Positions 40,337-52,562 of a stretch of 64,000 nt of DNA are shown piece by piece (positions within the stretch are counted from its first letter, which is position 1; every line of letters starts with the position of its first letter). A model generated the notes under the pieces. It had not been told where the DNA came from, searched no databases, and saw only the letters and a program-made list of their open reading frames with translations. The DNA is from Kofleriaceae bacterium (GTDB lineage Bacteria; Myxococcota_A; Polyangia; Haliangiales; Haliangiaceae). Location of the stretch: NCBI GenBank assembly GCA_965215005.1, contig CBDCCZ010000060.1, positions 64,001 through 128,000 of the forward strand, in the 5' to 3' direction. A program made the translations under genes and the position numbers.

Positions 40337-43300
40337 TGGCAATTCGCGGGCAGAATTTGGCCAGTCTCGGTGGCGAGTTCGCGCTCGAGCTCGATCAGGA
40401 TCCGCTCGCTTCCGCAGGCCTCTTTGCCATCACCGGGCCGACCGGCGCTGGTAAGTCAACACTCCTCGATGCGCTGTGCGTGGCGCTGTTTGACGCCACG
40501 CCTCGTCACGCGGATGGCAATCGAGTTCTGTTCGGGCGAGCCGAAGAACAGGAGCAATGGATTGCTGCGACGGATGTGCGGTCGCTGCTTCGTCGCGGCA
40601 CCGGCGTTGGCTACGCGGAAGTGGACTTTACCGGACGCGATGGGCGCCTCTACCGCGCGCGCTGGTCGGTGCGGCGCGCGCGCCAACGGCCCGAGGGCCG
40701 CCTTCAGGCGCAGTCGCTCGAGCTTCGCGACCTAGCGTCTGACCAGCTCATTGGCGGCGGCACCAAGAGCGAAACCCTGCTCGCGATCGAGGGCAAGCTC
40801 GGGCTCTCATTCGAGCAGTTTCGCCGCTCGGCCCTGCTCGCCCAGGGAGACTTCGCGAGGTTCTTGCGCGCCAACGAACGCGAGCGCTCTGAGCTTCTCG
40901 AGCGGATGACCGGCACCGAGATCTATGGACGGATCTCGGCCGCCGCGTTTCGCCGGGCGGCGGATGAGAAGGCCGAGCTCGAGGCGCTGCGCGCCGCCGT
41001 GAGCCAATTTGCGATTCTCTCCGATGACGAGCGCGAGGCACTCGAGGTGAGCGCGGGGCAGCTCATCGCGGTGCTCGAGACGTCGCGCGCGGAGCTCGAG
41101 CGCGCAAAGGCGGCGGTTGCGTGGCACGCCCGCGGCGCCGAGCTGGCGGTTGCCGAGGAGGCCGCGGCGGCTGACTGTGAAGATGCCAATCGCGACTGGA
41201 CGGAGCTCGAGGAGGTGCGACGGCTGCTGGTCGAGGTCGAGCGGGCGCGCGAGCTGCGTGCGCCCATGGAGCGAGTCGCTCACGCACGGGCCGCCTGCGG
41301 TCGTCACCGGGAGCAACGCGAGCGGCTCGACGTGCAGCTTGGTGACATGCGCGGTCGTGCCACCGAGATTGGGGCGCGGGCGGCGGCGGCCAGCGCCGTC
41401 CGCGAGCAGGCGCAGCGACACCGGGGGCAAGCCGCAGGCGAGCTCGATCGCGCCGCCGAGCTCGATCGAGCGTTGGCCGCCGCGGCGCGCGAGCATGAGG
41501 AGGCGCAGGCGGCGGCTGCGGAGGCGCAAGCGCGGCTTGCGCTGGTTCAATCCGCGGAGCAACGCGCGGCGGTCCGGTTGGCTGATTATGAATGCGGTGG
41601 CGTGGGCGCGCTGCGCGACCTCGATGAGGAGCCAGTCCTGGTCGAGCTTCGCGCGCGATATCGAAACCATCGGCAACAGCACGATGAGCTCGAGCAGGGA
41701 CGCAAAGCGCTGGTCGACGCCGAAGACGAGGCGCGCGATCGGCTGAAACTCTGCACAGAGTCGCTCAATCGCGCAGCTCACGAGCATCAGCTGGCCAAAG
41801 TGGTCATGGCGCGCGCTGAAGACGAGAGTCGCACGCAATCGATCGATGTTGCGGCTGCGGCGCAGGCCGCGGCGCAAGAGCAGCGCGAGGTCCTGCGCGA
41901 GCTGGCAGGCACCGCCGAACGGGCGCGCAACGCCGCGCAGGGAGCGCAGCAGGCGCAGGATAAAGCGCTGGCCGCGCGTGAGCGTGGGCGTGCTGCTAGC
42001 TCAGAGGCTGAAAAGCTGGCCACTTACTCCGTTGGCGCGCGCGCTCGCGCGCAAGAGGCGGAGCAAGCGCTCGAGCGGCTCACGCTGAGTCTCGAGCTAG
42101 CCCACCATCGCGCCCAGCTTCGAGCTGGACACGAGTGTCCGCTGTGTGGCGGGCTCGAGCATCCGTGGGCTGAGGATGCGCCCGAGGTGAGCGCGTTGGT
42201 CGCCGAGCAGCGCAGCGCGGTGGAATCGGCGCGCGAGGCGCTCACGGTGCTCGAGCGCGAACGCGCGGGGTCACTGGCTCACGCCAGTGCCAGCGAGGCC
42301 GAGGCGCAAGCGCATGAAGTAGATGCGCGCGCGGCGGCAGCGCAGCTCGAGGAGGGGCGCCGCGATTGGCGCACTCGACTGCGCGAGCTCGGCGAGCTGC
42401 CATTGCTCGAGGACCCGGTGGCCCAGGAGAGCGCGGAGTGGCTTGCCCGTCGCCGCGCCGCGGTGGAGCGTAGGCTGGGCGAGGCCAATGACGCCTTCGC
42501 GGTTGCCAAGCGACTTCATACCGCGCTAACCGAGGCCAGCGGGCGGGCCTCGGCGAAGGCGGCGGACCTCGAGCAGGCGCGTGATGCGCTGCGCGCGGCG
42601 GAGCGCGCCGCCGAAGACGCGGCAGCGCAGCTCATCGCCGCGGATCAACGGCGCGAGCGGCTTCGCGATGAGCTCGCGAGCTTGAGCGAGCGTGTTCGTG
42701 AAACTCTGAGCAGTCAGCTCGCAATGGCGCGCGAGCGGTTGCTCGAGCGCGTTGCGGAGCGCGATGGCCGGCAAGCGGTGTGCGCACAACGGGCGCGACA
42801 GGCAGAGGAGCTGCGGGATGCGCGCAGCCAGATGTTTGGCGGTCGCAGCACCGCGGACGTGCGGCGCGAGCTCGACGATGCCGTTGCCAATGCCGAGCAG
42901 GCGGAGCGCGAGGCGGCCACGCAGCGCGAGCAAATCGCCCAGGAGGTGACGCGACTCGAGGCCCAGCTCCAAGCTTGCGAAGCGGAGCTCGAGCTGGCCT
43001 CGCAGGAGAAGGCAGCGGCGGACCAGCTGGCAAGCGAGACGCTAATGCGGCTCGCGCTCAATGAAGCAGCGGCTGTAGAGCTGCTGGCGTATTCACCGCA
43101 ATGGGTGGCTGAGCGGCAGCGCGCGGTCGATGCCGCCAAAGAACGTCGCGCCCACGCCGCATCCATTCGCGAAGAGCGTGCCGCGCAGCGACGCATGCAC
43201 CTGCAGGATGCGCCCCCGGTGCTCGATGCGGCAGCCGCAGGGGAAGCGGCTCGGGTTTCAGGTGCTGCCGCCGATGCGGCGCAGCGGCAAGTCACCGAGC

Positions 43301-43890
43301 TCGAGCTGCGGCGCCGCTCCGATGATGACTCGCGCGCCAAGCGCGCCGATATGACGGCGCGCATCGCCGACCGGCAGCGACGAGCCGAGGCCTATCAATC
43401 ACTTTCCGAGCTCATCGGCTCTGCGGACGGCAAAAAGTTCCGCACCTTTGCCCAGAGCCTCACTCTCGATGCGCTGCTCGGCTACGCCAACGAGCATCTC
43501 GCCGAGCTCGTCGGGCGCTACCGGCTGGTGCGGGTGCCAGGCTCGGATCTCGAGCTGCAGGTGGTCGACCGCGCGATGGGCGATGAGGTTCGGGCTGTCA
43601 CCAGCCTGTCTGGGGGCGAGAGCTTCTTGGTGTCGCTGGCGCTGGCGCTGGCGCTGTCGTCGCTGGCGGCGCGGGACACGCGGGTCGAGTCGCTACTCAT
43701 CGATGAAGGGTTTGGCACCCTCGATCCCGCCACGCTCGAGGTCGCGCTGTCGGTGCTGGATTCTCTGCAGGCCTCGGGACGCAAAGTTGGGCTCATCTCT
43801 CACGTGCCCGGCCTCGCCGAACGCGTTGGGGTGCGCGTGGTGGTCGCCCCGCAGGGCGCGGGACGAAGCGTGGTGCAGGTGGATGCATGA
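40327..43890 (+). CDS. sbcC: Nuclease SbcCD subunit C
   Basis: GPTGAGKS, LAQGDF, zinc hook CPLC, LSGGE and IDEGFG motifs. Confidence 0.95.
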   Translation: MRLVAIRGQNLASLGGEFALELDQDPLASAGLFAITGPTGAGKSTLLDALCVALFDATPRHADGNRVLFGRAEEQEQWIAATDVRSLLRRGTGVGYAEVDFTGRDGRLYRARWSVRRARQRPEGRLQAQSLELRDLASDQLIGGGTKSETLLAIEGKLGLSFEQFRRSALLAQGDFARFLRANERERSELLERMTGTEIYGRISAAAFRRAADEKAELEALRAAVSQFAILSDDEREALEVSAGQLIAVLETSRAELERAKAAVAWHARGAELAVAEEAAAADCEDANRDWTELEEVRRLLVEVERARELRAPMERVAHARAACGRHREQRERLDVQLGDMRGRATEIGARAAAASAVREQAQRHRGQAAGELDRAAELDRALAAAAREHEEAQAAAAEAQARLALVQSAEQRAAVRLADYECGGVGALRDLDEEPVLVELRARYRNHRQQHDELEQGRKALVDAEDEARDRLKLCTESLNRAAHEHQLAKVVMARAEDESRTQSIDVAAAAQAAAQEQREVLRELAGTAERARNAAQGAQQAQDKALAARERGRAASSEAEKLATYSVGARARAQEAEQALERLTLSLELAHHRAQLRAGHECPLCGGLEHPWAEDAPEVSALVAEQRSAVESAREALTVLERERAGSLAHASASEAEAQAHEVDARAAAAQLEEGRRDWRTRLRELGELPLLEDPVAQESAEWLARRRAAVERRLGEANDAFAVAKRLHTALTEASGRASAKAADLEQARDALRAAERAAEDAAAQLIAADQRRERLRDELASLSERVRETLSSQLAMARERLLERVAERDGRQAVCAQRARQAEELRDARSQMFGGRSTADVRRELDDAVANAEQAEREAATQREQIAQEVTRLEAQLQACEAELELASQEKAAADQLASETLMRLALNEAAAVELLAYSPQWVAERQRAVDAAKERRAHAASIREERAAQRRMHLQDAPPVLDAAAAGEAARVSGAAADAAQRQVTELELRRRSDDDSRAKRADMTARIADRQRRAEAYQSLSELIGSADGKKFRTFAQSLTLDALLGYANEHLAELVGRYRLVRVPGSDLELQVVDRAMGDEVRAVTSLSGGESFLVSLALALALSSLAARDTRVESLLIDEGFGTLDPATLEVALSVLDSLQASGRKVGLISHVPGLAERVGVRVVVAPQGAGRSVVQVDA

Positions 43891-43921
43891 GCACGAGCGC
43901 GAGCTGCTATCGTGGGAGGCA

Positions 43922-44341
43922 ATGCTGCGCATGGATGCAGACGCTCTCCGGCAGTTTGCCGCGGAGCACTTCCCTCAGATCACTGGCGATTGGTGGAGTC
44001 TTGAGCTCGTGGAGGAGAGTGGCGTGACGCTGCGCCAACACGTAAATGAGAGGTCGCTTCGGCCCGGTGGAACGGTCTCTGGACCGACCTTGATGGCACT
44101 CGCCGACCTGGCGATGTACTTTTTGGTGCTGTCGCGAATCGGGCCCGTGCCGCTGGCGGTGACGACCAACCTCAACATCAACTTCTTGCGGCGTCCGGCC
44201 CTCGCCGACGTCCGCGCTCGTGCCGAGATGCTCAAGCTGGGCCGCCGGCTCGCGGTTGGCCAGATCACGATGTGCTCGATAGGGGACGCGGCGCCGATTG
44301 CGCATGCGACATCGACGTACTCGATTCCGCCGCTCCCGTAG
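43922..44341 (+). CDS. PaaI-family hotdog thioesterase
   Basis: LRPGGTVSGPTLMALAD and AVTTNLNINFLR motifs; RBS ggagg. Confidence 0.88.
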   Translation: MLRMDADALRQFAAEHFPQITGDWWSLELVEESGVTLRQHVNERSLRPGGTVSGPTLMALADLAMYFLVLSRIGPVPLAVTTNLNINFLRRPALADVRARAEMLKLGRRLAVGQITMCSIGDAAPIAHATSTYSIPPLP

Positions 44342-44406
44342 GATGGTCTGCGAACATCGGCTGACAGCTTCGCAGCCACCGATGGTGCGTGCTAGCGTTG
44401 CTCGCG

Positions 44407-44865
44407 ATGAAGGCCGTTTGCCGCGCCCGGCTCTTGCTGCTCGTGTTGGTAGCATCATGCGGAGGCAGCGAAGCGGCGCCGGTGTCGTCGCCATCGAGGT
44501 CGCCGGCGACCCCATCGGCTGCCGTCGTGCGGCCGATCGAGCTCGAGGTTCAGGGGACGCGCGTCGGCCAGTCGGTTCGCCTCGATGTCACCGGTATCGG
44601 TCGCGGCCACCTGGAAGGGGGAATCTTCGAGGATCCCTCGACCTGGAGCGTGCGTGCTTTCGCCGATGGTCATCCGCTGCAGCATCTGGTGAACGGTCCG
44701 GTGCAGGTGGCAAGGGATCCCGCGGGACGAGCCGACGGCGACCAATGGGACATCACGGTGCGATTCTCCATGGTGTTCGCAATGCCCGAGCAGTCTCGCG
44801 AGGTGGAAGTGCAGATCGCGGCGCCAAACGCGGCTCCGTATCAAACGACGCTCACGGGCCTGTAG
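44407..44865 (+). CDS. Hypothetical lipoprotein
   Basis: Lipobox VASC; beta-rich mature region. Confidence 0.6.
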   Translation: MKAVCRARLLLLVLVASCGGSEAAPVSSPSRSPATPSAAVVRPIELEVQGTRVGQSVRLDVTGIGRGHLEGGIFEDPSTWSVRAFADGHPLQHLVNGPVQVARDPAGRADGDQWDITVRFSMVFAMPEQSREVEVQIAAPNAAPYQTTLTGL

Positions 44866-44871
44866 AGCTAG

Positions 44872-45019
44872 AGTACGCCGCCGCGGGTTTCATGACGCAG
44901 AAATCCGCCGCCCCGATGCGGGGCAAGGGCGACAGATTTCTGCTACTCAAGCGCCCCCTTCGGCGTCTCCCCAGGCGATCGTTGCTTTTCCTAGCGGTTC
45001 ACGACTTCGCCGTGACCGC
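44872..45019 (-). repeat. Dispersed ~145-nt structured intergenic element, copy B
   Basis: 44872-44989 matches the reverse complement of copy C with 7 mismatches in 118 nt (hand alignment). Confidence 0.92.
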
Positions 45020-45279
45020 TAGAGGTACGCCGCCGGTCAAGATTGTCCGCTGAGCTACGATTGGCGCGGGTGGAAAAGCGTTCTCTGGCTCGCTAGCGGG
45101 CGTGGTGCAGCGGCTGGACAGGTGCCAGGCCCCCGACCATTGCTCGGAAGCCTGGAGGTAACTCGCTGAATAATCGGGCCCGGCCAAATCAACAGTGGTA
45201 TGAAGTGCGCTGGAACGCCGCAGTTCGGCGGCGAGCGAGACGAGCGCTCATTTAGCGTTCACGCAGAAAGAGAAGCGAC

Positions 45280-45597
45280 ATGTCGAAGAAACTGTTTGTT
45301 GGCGGCCTCAGCTGGGACACCACGGATCTGTCATTGCGCGAGGCGTTTGAGCGCTTCGGTGGCGTATCGGAAGCCAAAGTCATTACCGATCGCGACACCG
45401 GCCGGTCGCGCGGGTTTGGCTTCGTCACCTTTGATGACGACGGCGACGCCGAATCTGCCATCGGTGAAATGGATGGTCAAAGCCTCGATGGGCGTTCCAT
45501 CCGTGTCAACGAGGCGAACGACCGCGGTCCTGGCGGCGGCGGCGGTGGCGGTGGCGGTGGCGGTGGTCGGGGGCCGCGTCGCGATAATCGCCGCTAG
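45280..45597 (+). CDS. RRM RNA-binding protein with Gly-rich tail
   Basis: RNP2 KLFVGGL and RNP1 RGFGFVTF. Confidence 0.95.
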   Translation: MSKKLFVGGLSWDTTDLSLREAFERFGGVSEAKVITDRDTGRSRGFGFVTFDDDGDAESAIGEMDGQSLDGRSIRVNEANDRGPGGGGGGGGGGGGRGPRRDNRR

Positions 45598-45622
45598 AGC
45601 AACTCTTCAGTAATCCTCTTCG

Positions 45623-45653
45623 AGGGCGCGCCAGCCGGCGCGCCCTTTTTTTT
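45623..45653 (+). terminator. Rho-independent terminator
   Basis: AGGGCGCGCC-agcc-GGCGCGCCCT stem followed by a T-run, just after the RRM gene. Confidence 0.9.
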
Positions 45654-45706
45654 ATCTACAGCTAAGCGAAGGCCGCGCCGCCGCAGCTGCGCGCTACCAT
45701 GGCGGC

Positions 45707-46906
45707 ATGCAACTCGAGCTTTCCGATCGCGCCCGTTCGCTCGCGGAACGCGTGGCGGCGTTCATGGCCGAGCACGTCTATCCCAGCGAAGCGAGCTTCT
45801 TGGCGCAGGTCGCGGAAGGCGATCGGTGGCAGCCAGTTCCCATCATGGAGGAACTGAAAGCCAAAGCTCGTGCGCAGGGCCTCTGGAATCTCTTTCTACC
45901 GGATAGCGAGCGCGGCGCAGGCCTGAGCAACTATGAGTACGCGCCGCTGTGCGAGCTGATGGGGCGCAGCATGCTCGCGCCGGAGGTGTTCAACTGCAAC
46001 GCCCCCGATACCGGCAATATGGAGGTGCTCGAACGCTACGGCACCTCAGCGCACAAGGAGCAGTGGCTCGCCCCGCTGCTCGCTGGAGAAATTCGCTCGT
46101 GCTTCGCGATGACCGAGCCGGAGGTTGCGTCTTCAGATGCGACCAACATTCGCGCCAGCATCGTTGCCGACGGCAACTCCTACGTCATCAACGGTCACAA
46201 GTGGTGGACCTCAGGAGCGGGCGATCCGCGTTGCAAGGTGTGCATCTTCATGGGCAAGACCGATCCACAGGCGCCCCGGCATCTGCAGCAGTCGATGATC
46301 TTGGTGCCGATGAATACTCCAGGCATCGAGATCATCAGGATGCTGCCGGTGTTTGGCTACGACGACGCGCCGCATGGCCATGCGGAGATGAAATTTCACG
46401 ATGTGCGCGTGCCTGCTAGCAATCTGCTTCTCGGTGAGGGCCGAGGATTCGAAATCGCGCAAGGGCGGCTCGGGCCGGGGCGCATCCATCACTGCATGCG
46501 GCTGATCGGCGCCGCCGAGCGGGCGCTCGAAGCAATGGTCTCGCGGGTCAAGCAGCGCGTCGCGTTCGGCCGGCCGCTCGCCGACCAAGGCACGATCCGT
46601 CATGATATCGCCGAGAGCCGTATCGAGATCGATCAGGCGCGTCTGCTCACGATGCACGCTGCGCATCGCATGGATACGGTGGGCAATAAGGGCGCGCGCA
46701 AAGAGATCGCGATGATCAAAGTCGTGGCGCCCAACGTCGCGCTGCGGGTCATCGACCGCGCCATCCAAGCCCACGGAGGCGCCGGCGTCTCCAATGATCA
46801 TGGGCTGGCGTATGCGTGGGTCGCGGCGCGCACGCTTCGGCTCGCCGATGGACCCGACGAGGTGCATCGCGTCGCTATCGCCAAGCTCGAGCTGGCCGGC
46901 GGTTAG
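45707..46906 (+). CDS. Acyl-CoA dehydrogenase (ACAD10/11-like subgroup)
   Basis: [36 protein letters not shown] and [10 protein letters not shown] motifs. Confidence 0.93.
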   Translation: MQLELSDRARSLAERVAAFMAEHVYPSEASFLAQVAEGDRWQPVPIMEELKAKARAQGLWNLFLPDSERGAGLSNYEYAPLCELMGRSMLAPEVFNCNAPDTGNMEVLERYGTSAHKEQWLAPLLAGEIRSCFAMTEPEVASSDATNIRASIVADGNSYVINGHKWWTSGAGDPRCKVCIFMGKTDPQAPRHLQQSMILVPMNTPGIEIIRMLPVFGYDDAPHGHAEMKFHDVRVPASNLLLGEGRGFEIAQGRLGPGRIHHCMRLIGAAERALEAMVSRVKQRVAFGRPLADQGTIRHDIAESRIEIDQARLLTMHAAHRMDTVGNKGARKEIAMIKVVAPNVALRVIDRAIQAHGGAGVSNDHGLAYAWVAARTLRLADGPDEVHRVAIAKLELAGG

Positions 46907-46975
46907 CGCAAGGTGGATTGCTGCGGTGACCCACGATCGCCCGTGATTTTCGACGAATCCGCATGCAACGAGCGA

Positions 46976-47965
46976 TCACCGCGGCAGCGGCATCGAGATG
47001 ACCACGGGTAGATGATCGCTTACCGCGTATTCGTAGCCGCGAAAGCTCGCGTCGAGGTGCACGATCCGGGCGGTCTCGGCGCCGAGCTCGGGCGCCAGTC
47101 CAATGCCCGTGACGATGTGATCGAGAACCACGCCGCTGGGTAGAAAGGAAGCTTCGCCACGCTCGGCGAGCGGTCGCGTTTCGATATCGTAGCGGGTGCG
47201 CGCGTCGGCGATGGGCGCTAGAGCGCGCAGGCCCTCACCGGTGGTAACCACCTCGTTGAAGTCGCCGAGCAAGACGACATCTTCATCGACCTGGGCGACC
47301 AAACGCTGCAGATAGCCATCCAGTGCCATGACCGCAGCGGCGCGGCGCTCGCGATCCTCATTTCCACGGCCGGCTTTGAGGTGGATGACGATCGCGACGA
47401 AATCGAAGTTGCCGACGCGTGCGCGTAGCTCCAGCGGTGGACGCGGTAGCTCGTAGCTGCGATCGGTGAACAGCAGCTGCTGCCCAGTTACGGTAATGAG
47501 GTCTCGGCGGTAGAGGAAGCCAAGTTTTTGATAGCTGCCGTCGCCGTAGGCGTGCGTGGAGAGGATGCCTTCGTGGTCGGGGAGGCGTTCGACCAGCTCA
47601 TCAAACGCCGCTTCGTCTTGGATCTCCTGTAGGGCGACTAAATCGAGCTGAAGGGATGCAATGAGATCCGCCACTAGGCTCGCGGTGGTGTCGGCCTTGG
47701 GAAAGTTCTCGATGTTCCACGTCGCGATATCGAGTGTCTCGGGGCGACCGACCGCGGGCACCAAGTCGGTGCGCGGCGGCGGATAACGGCCCGGCGAAGA
47801 AGGCCCGGCATCGCTGGCAGGATTGCCCGCGGCTGCCGCATCAATCTGCCCGGCATCGCGACCACCGGCGGCCTCGCCACGATCGAGATCGCGGCAGCCG
47901 GTGACAGTGCCGAGCAGCGCGACCGTGCAGGCGAGGTAGGAGGTCCAGCGGGTAACAGCGTACAT
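46976..47965 (-). CDS. Endonuclease/exonuclease/phosphatase lipoprotein
   Basis: Lipobox VTGC; TWNIENF, LQEI, IHLKA, GDFN and SDHLPV motifs. Confidence 0.88.
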   Translation of the reverse strand: MYAVTRWTSYLACTVALLGTVTGCRDLDRGEAAGGRDAGQIDAAAAGNPASDAGPSSPGRYPPPRTDLVPAVGRPETLDIATWNIENFPKADTTASLVADLIASLQLDLVALQEIQDEAAFDELVERLPDHEGILSTHAYGDGSYQKLGFLYRRDLITVTGQQLLFTDRSYELPRPPLELRARVGNFDFVAIVIHLKAGRGNEDRERRAAAVMALDGYLQRLVAQVDEDVVLLGDFNEVVTTGEGLRALAPIADARTRYDIETRPLAERGEASFLPSGVVLDHIVTGIGLAPELGAETARIVHLDASFRGYEYAVSDHLPVVISMPLPR

Positions 47966-47986
47966 CGAGTGCTATATTGCCAGGTA

Positions 47987-49234
<1,248 letters not shown>

Positions 49235-49321
49235 GTGCCGCCGCGGCGCGACTTTTTACAACGTTGTATTCGCTGCCCGTGAGCATGCTCATCATCGCGG
49301 GACCACGCGCGGTGCGCTACG

Positions 49322-50497
49322 ATGGGCTTCTATCAGCAGGTGGAGGCCATCGTGGAGCGCACGCTGTTTTCTGAGGAGCACGAGCTCTTTCGTCAGTCGT
49401 TTCGTCAGTTCGTCGAGCGCGAGGTCGTGCCGGCGCAGGAGCGTTGGAACTCGCAGGGCATGGTCGACCGGCAAACCTGGCGCACCGCCGGCGCGGCGGG
49501 CTTCTTATGCCCCTGGCTCGGAGAAGACTACGGCGGGCCAGGCGGCGATTTCCTTCATTCGGTGGTGGTGATGGAGGAGCTGGCGCGCGCTTACGAGAGC
49601 GGCTTTGCGATGTCGCTGCACTCGGACGTGGTGGTGCCGTACATCGAAGCGTTTGGCAGCGAGGCGCAAAAGCGGGCGTGGCTACCCGGCTGTGCCTCGG
49701 GCGAGCTGGTGACGGCGATTGCCATGACCGAGCCGGGCACGGGCTCAGACCTGGCGCGCATTAGCACGACCGCGGTGCGCGATGGCGATCATTACGTCGT
49801 CAACGGCGCCAAGACGTTCATCTCCAACGGTATCTTGTGTGACTTGTGCGTGGTCGCGGTCAAGACCGACCCCAACCCCGACAATGCTCATCGCGGCATC
49901 TCGCTAGTGGTGATAGAGGCCGGCCGCGAGGGCTTCATCAAAGGCAAGAAGCTCGCAAAGATGGGAATGGCTTCCCAGGACACCTCGGAGCTGTTTTTTG
50001 AGGACTGCCGGGTGCCGGTGGCCAATCGGCTGGGGGAGGAAGGCGCGGGGTTCCTCATGTTGATGCAGAAGCTCCAGCAGGAGCGGTTGTGTGTTGCCAT
50101 TGGCTCGCAGGCCAGTGCCGAAAAGGTTCTGGCCGACACCATCGCGTACACCAAGGAACGCAGCGCGTTTGGCCGTCCCATCGGCAAGTTTCAAAACACC
50201 CAGTTCAAGCTCGTGGAGTGCGCCACGCAGGTGGAGGTCGGGCGGGTGTTTTTAGATGCGGTGCTCGCAGGCCACGTCGCAGGCAAGTCCCTGGTCAAGG
50301 AGTGCTCGATGGCCAAGCTTTGGCACAGCGAAATGGCCGGCGAGGTGATCGATACCTGTCTGCAGTTCTTTGGCGGCTACGGCTACATGCTCGAGTATCC
50401 AATTGCTCGCGCCTACATGGACGCGCGGGTGCAGAGGATCTTCGCCGGCACCAACGAGATCATGAAGGTCATCATCGCCAAGCAGATGGGGCTCTGA
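49322..50497 (+). CDS. Acyl-CoA dehydrogenase
   Basis: AMTEPGTGSD, GAKTFISNG, GGYGYMLEY and RIFAGTNEIMK motifs. Confidence 0.93.
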   Translation: MGFYQQVEAIVERTLFSEEHELFRQSFRQFVEREVVPAQERWNSQGMVDRQTWRTAGAAGFLCPWLGEDYGGPGGDFLHSVVVMEELARAYESGFAMSLHSDVVVPYIEAFGSEAQKRAWLPGCASGELVTAIAMTEPGTGSDLARISTTAVRDGDHYVVNGAKTFISNGILCDLCVVAVKTDPNPDNAHRGISLVVIEAGREGFIKGKKLAKMGMASQDTSELFFEDCRVPVANRLGEEGAGFLMLMQKLQQERLCVAIGSQASAEKVLADTIAYTKERSAFGRPIGKFQNTQFKLVECATQVEVGRVFLDAVLAGHVAGKSLVKECSMAKLWHSEMAGEVIDTCLQFFGGYGYMLEYPIARAYMDARVQRIFAGTNEIMKVIIAKQMGL

Positions 50498-50519
50498 ATC
50501 CCGCGGCGTTGTACTGATG

Positions 50520-51110
50520 CTAGTGAACGCCGCGGCTCGCGACGATGGTCTCGGGATCGATGCCGAGACTCTTCAATGCGGCGCTCCACATCTTGTCGGG
50601 CGGGGTATCGAACAAAATTGCAGCGTCGGCATCGGCGTGTAGCCAGGAGCCGCTCGCCATCTCGGCGGCGAGCTGCCCCGGTCCCCATCCCGCGTATCCA
50701 AGCAGAATGCGGACGCGTTCGGGCGGCGTCTCGGCAATGAGGCGCAGCTTATCGGGCGAGGTCGAAAGCCAAAGGTCCTCACTGAGAACCACCGTGGTGC
50801 CGCCTGCAAGCTCGGAAGAGGTGTCTTCGATAGAAGTTATGGGCGAGTGCAGCACCCAACCGCTGGTCGGCATCACGGGACCACCCGCCCAAATGGTGGC
50901 ATTTGCGGGGCCATTCCACGGCAGGTCGAGGCTCGCGAGCAGCTCCCCCGCGCTCAGCTCACTCGGCTGATTCACCACCAGCCCAAACGAGCCTTCGTCT
51001 CCGTGCTCGATCATGAGCACCACCGCGCGCGAGAAGTTGAGGTCGTCGAGCTGCGGCATCGCTAGGAGCAGCCCCGGAGCGAGCCGCGTCTCGGACAAAG
51101 ACGTCGCCAT
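50520..51110 (-). CDS. YqgE/AlgH family protein
   Basis: LLAMPQLDD.NFSRAV, GGPV and GYAGWGPGQLAAE motifs. Confidence 0.9.
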   Translation of the reverse strand: MATSLSETRLAPGLLLAMPQLDDLNFSRAVVLMIEHGDEGSFGLVVNQPSELSAGELLASLDLPWNGPANATIWAGGPVMPTSGWVLHSPITSIEDTSSELAGGTTVVLSEDLWLSTSPDKLRLIAETPPERVRILLGYAGWGPGQLAAEMASGSWLHADADAAILFDTPPDKMWSAALKSLGIDPETIVASRGVH

Positions 51111-51269
51111 AGCGGCGAGACTATACCCTAGCGATCGCGGCTACGGGTGCAGCCGCGCCCAGTGGTGGAGCGAGCACGGCTGGTCGTGAGGCCGCGGCCG
51201 AAGCAACCCTGGCCGCGCGCAAAAGATTGCAACAACCGCGTCACGACTGGTGCGGCTGCGGGCGCTACT

Positions 51270-51417
51270 GGTTTACGACGTGAGTCGTAAACCGCAAAAA
51301 AAGCAACAATCGCTTGGGGAGACGCCGAAGGGGGCACGTGAGTAGCAGTAATCTGCCGCCCTTGCCCCGCATCGGGGCGGCGGATTTCTGCGTCATGAAT
51401 CCCGCGGCGGCGTACTA
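51270..51417 (+). repeat. Dispersed ~145-nt structured intergenic element, copy C
   Basis: Near-identical to the reverse complement of copy B; its terminal CTA coincides with the stop codon of the YceI gene. Confidence 0.92.
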
Positions 51418-52083
51418 GCTGGTGGGCTGAAGGCTGAGCTGAAGCTCGGCGATCATCTCGTCGGCGACGGGGTCGGGCTCGCCGGAGGCCCCGGCCGGTT
51501 TGCCGATGCCAAAGTCGCTGCGCTTGAACGTGTGCTGGGCCTTGATGCGCACGCTTTGGTCGGTGGTGTCGATGACCTCGAACTCCACCGGCCAGGTTTG
51601 CTTCTTGCCATGCACGTCGACCACAGCCTGCGCGCTATAGCGGTTGTCTCCGGTTTTCTTGACCTTGGAGATGGCGATATCGGCGGTGGCGAAGCTTGGA
51701 ACATCTAGATAGTCGGGCGACTGCAGATGCTTGTCGCGCTTCTCGCTGTCGGTCTTGAGCGAGGCGAGGTTGACGACGATGTTGGCGCTGCCACCTTCGA
51801 GGTTGGCCGGGTCGAACGCCGCGCTCTTGACGTCGACGTCCTGGAACACCACCACGACCGGGTCCGTGGGCTTGGGCTCGCTGTGCGTGGCCTTGATGCG
51901 GACGTAGTCGGCGTCTTCGTCCATCATTGGCTCGGGTTCGGGCTCGGGTGGGGCTTCGGCAACGGGCGCCTCGGCCTCGGGCATGACCTCTTCGACGGGA
52001 GGCTCAGCAGGCGCCTCTTCCTTCTTGCAGCCGGCAGCGGCGACCAGGAGAGCGATAGTGAAGAGGATCGGATTTGCTTTCAT
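51415..52083 (-). CDS. YceI-family lipoprotein
   Basis: Lipobox AAGC; SLKTDSEKRDKHLQSPDYLD and KRSDFGI motifs. Confidence 0.88.
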   Translation of the reverse strand: MKANPILFTIALLVAAAGCKKEEAPAEPPVEEVMPEAEAPVAEAPPEPEPEPMMDEDADYVRIKATHSEPKPTDPVVVVFQDVDVKSAAFDPANLEGGSANIVVNLASLKTDSEKRDKHLQSPDYLDVPSFATADIAISKVKKTGDNRYSAQAVVDVHGKKQTWPVEFEVIDTTDQSVRIKAQHTFKRSDFGIGKPAGASGEPDPVADEMIAELQLSLQPTS

Positions 52084-52328
52084 CGAGATTTTCTCCAACG
52101 AGAGGGCCATGAAATGCGGCAGCAAGCTGCCAAGGCACTGACGGCGTGCGGGCGAGTGCCACGAAATGAGCTCCGTCTCCCGGCACCGTACACTGGCATC
52201 GGTGCTGGGAGCGACGGCTGAGCAAATTGGTTACGGAGGAACGCGCGTCATCGGACCAGGACGACTCGACGAGTGGTGCGCTTGGCGATGGGCACTGCTG
52301 CCAGTTTCGTATCGCCAGAGGATGGCGG

Positions 52329-52520
52329 TTACGAGTGGCTCGGCAGCAGCTCCGCGTCTTCGGTGTCGTCATCGACGCTAACCTCGCCGTCGTCATCCAC
52401 CGGCTTATCGACTTTGGGAGTGTCTTCGTCGAGCCCGAGACGTTTGCTCACGCGCTTGAAGAGCGTGGCTCCCAAGCTGTACCCAAAGCCAGTTACGACG
52501 GCGCGCAAGAAGACTTTCAT
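52329..52520 (-). CDS. Small hypothetical protein with N-terminal hydrophobic helix and acidic tail
   Basis: MKVFLRAVVTGFGYSLGATLFK; follows the ECH gene on the same strand. Confidence 0.55.
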   Translation of the reverse strand: MKVFLRAVVTGFGYSLGATLFKRVSKRLGLDEDTPKVDKPVDDDGEVSVDDDTEDAELLPSHS

Positions 52521-52562
52521 GGCGCCATTGTAGCGGCTTTGGTGTGCAGCGGCCACCGGCGG

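Noticed and set aside
40807..41877. Long antisense ORFs (also 35219-36265, 32234-33118 and 8126-9013)
   Set aside because: These are shadow ORFs of GC-rich genes on the opposite strand and have no recognisable motifs.
39086..43890. sbcCD as a defence system
   Set aside because: It is a canonical housekeeping pair with no HerA/NurA or other defence neighbours.
51316..51345. Glycine riboswitch resemblance (GGGAGA..CGCCGAAGG) within the dispersed element
   Set aside because: It lacks the P2 stem and the CUCAGG segment, and the copies are not consistently 5' of glycine-related genes.
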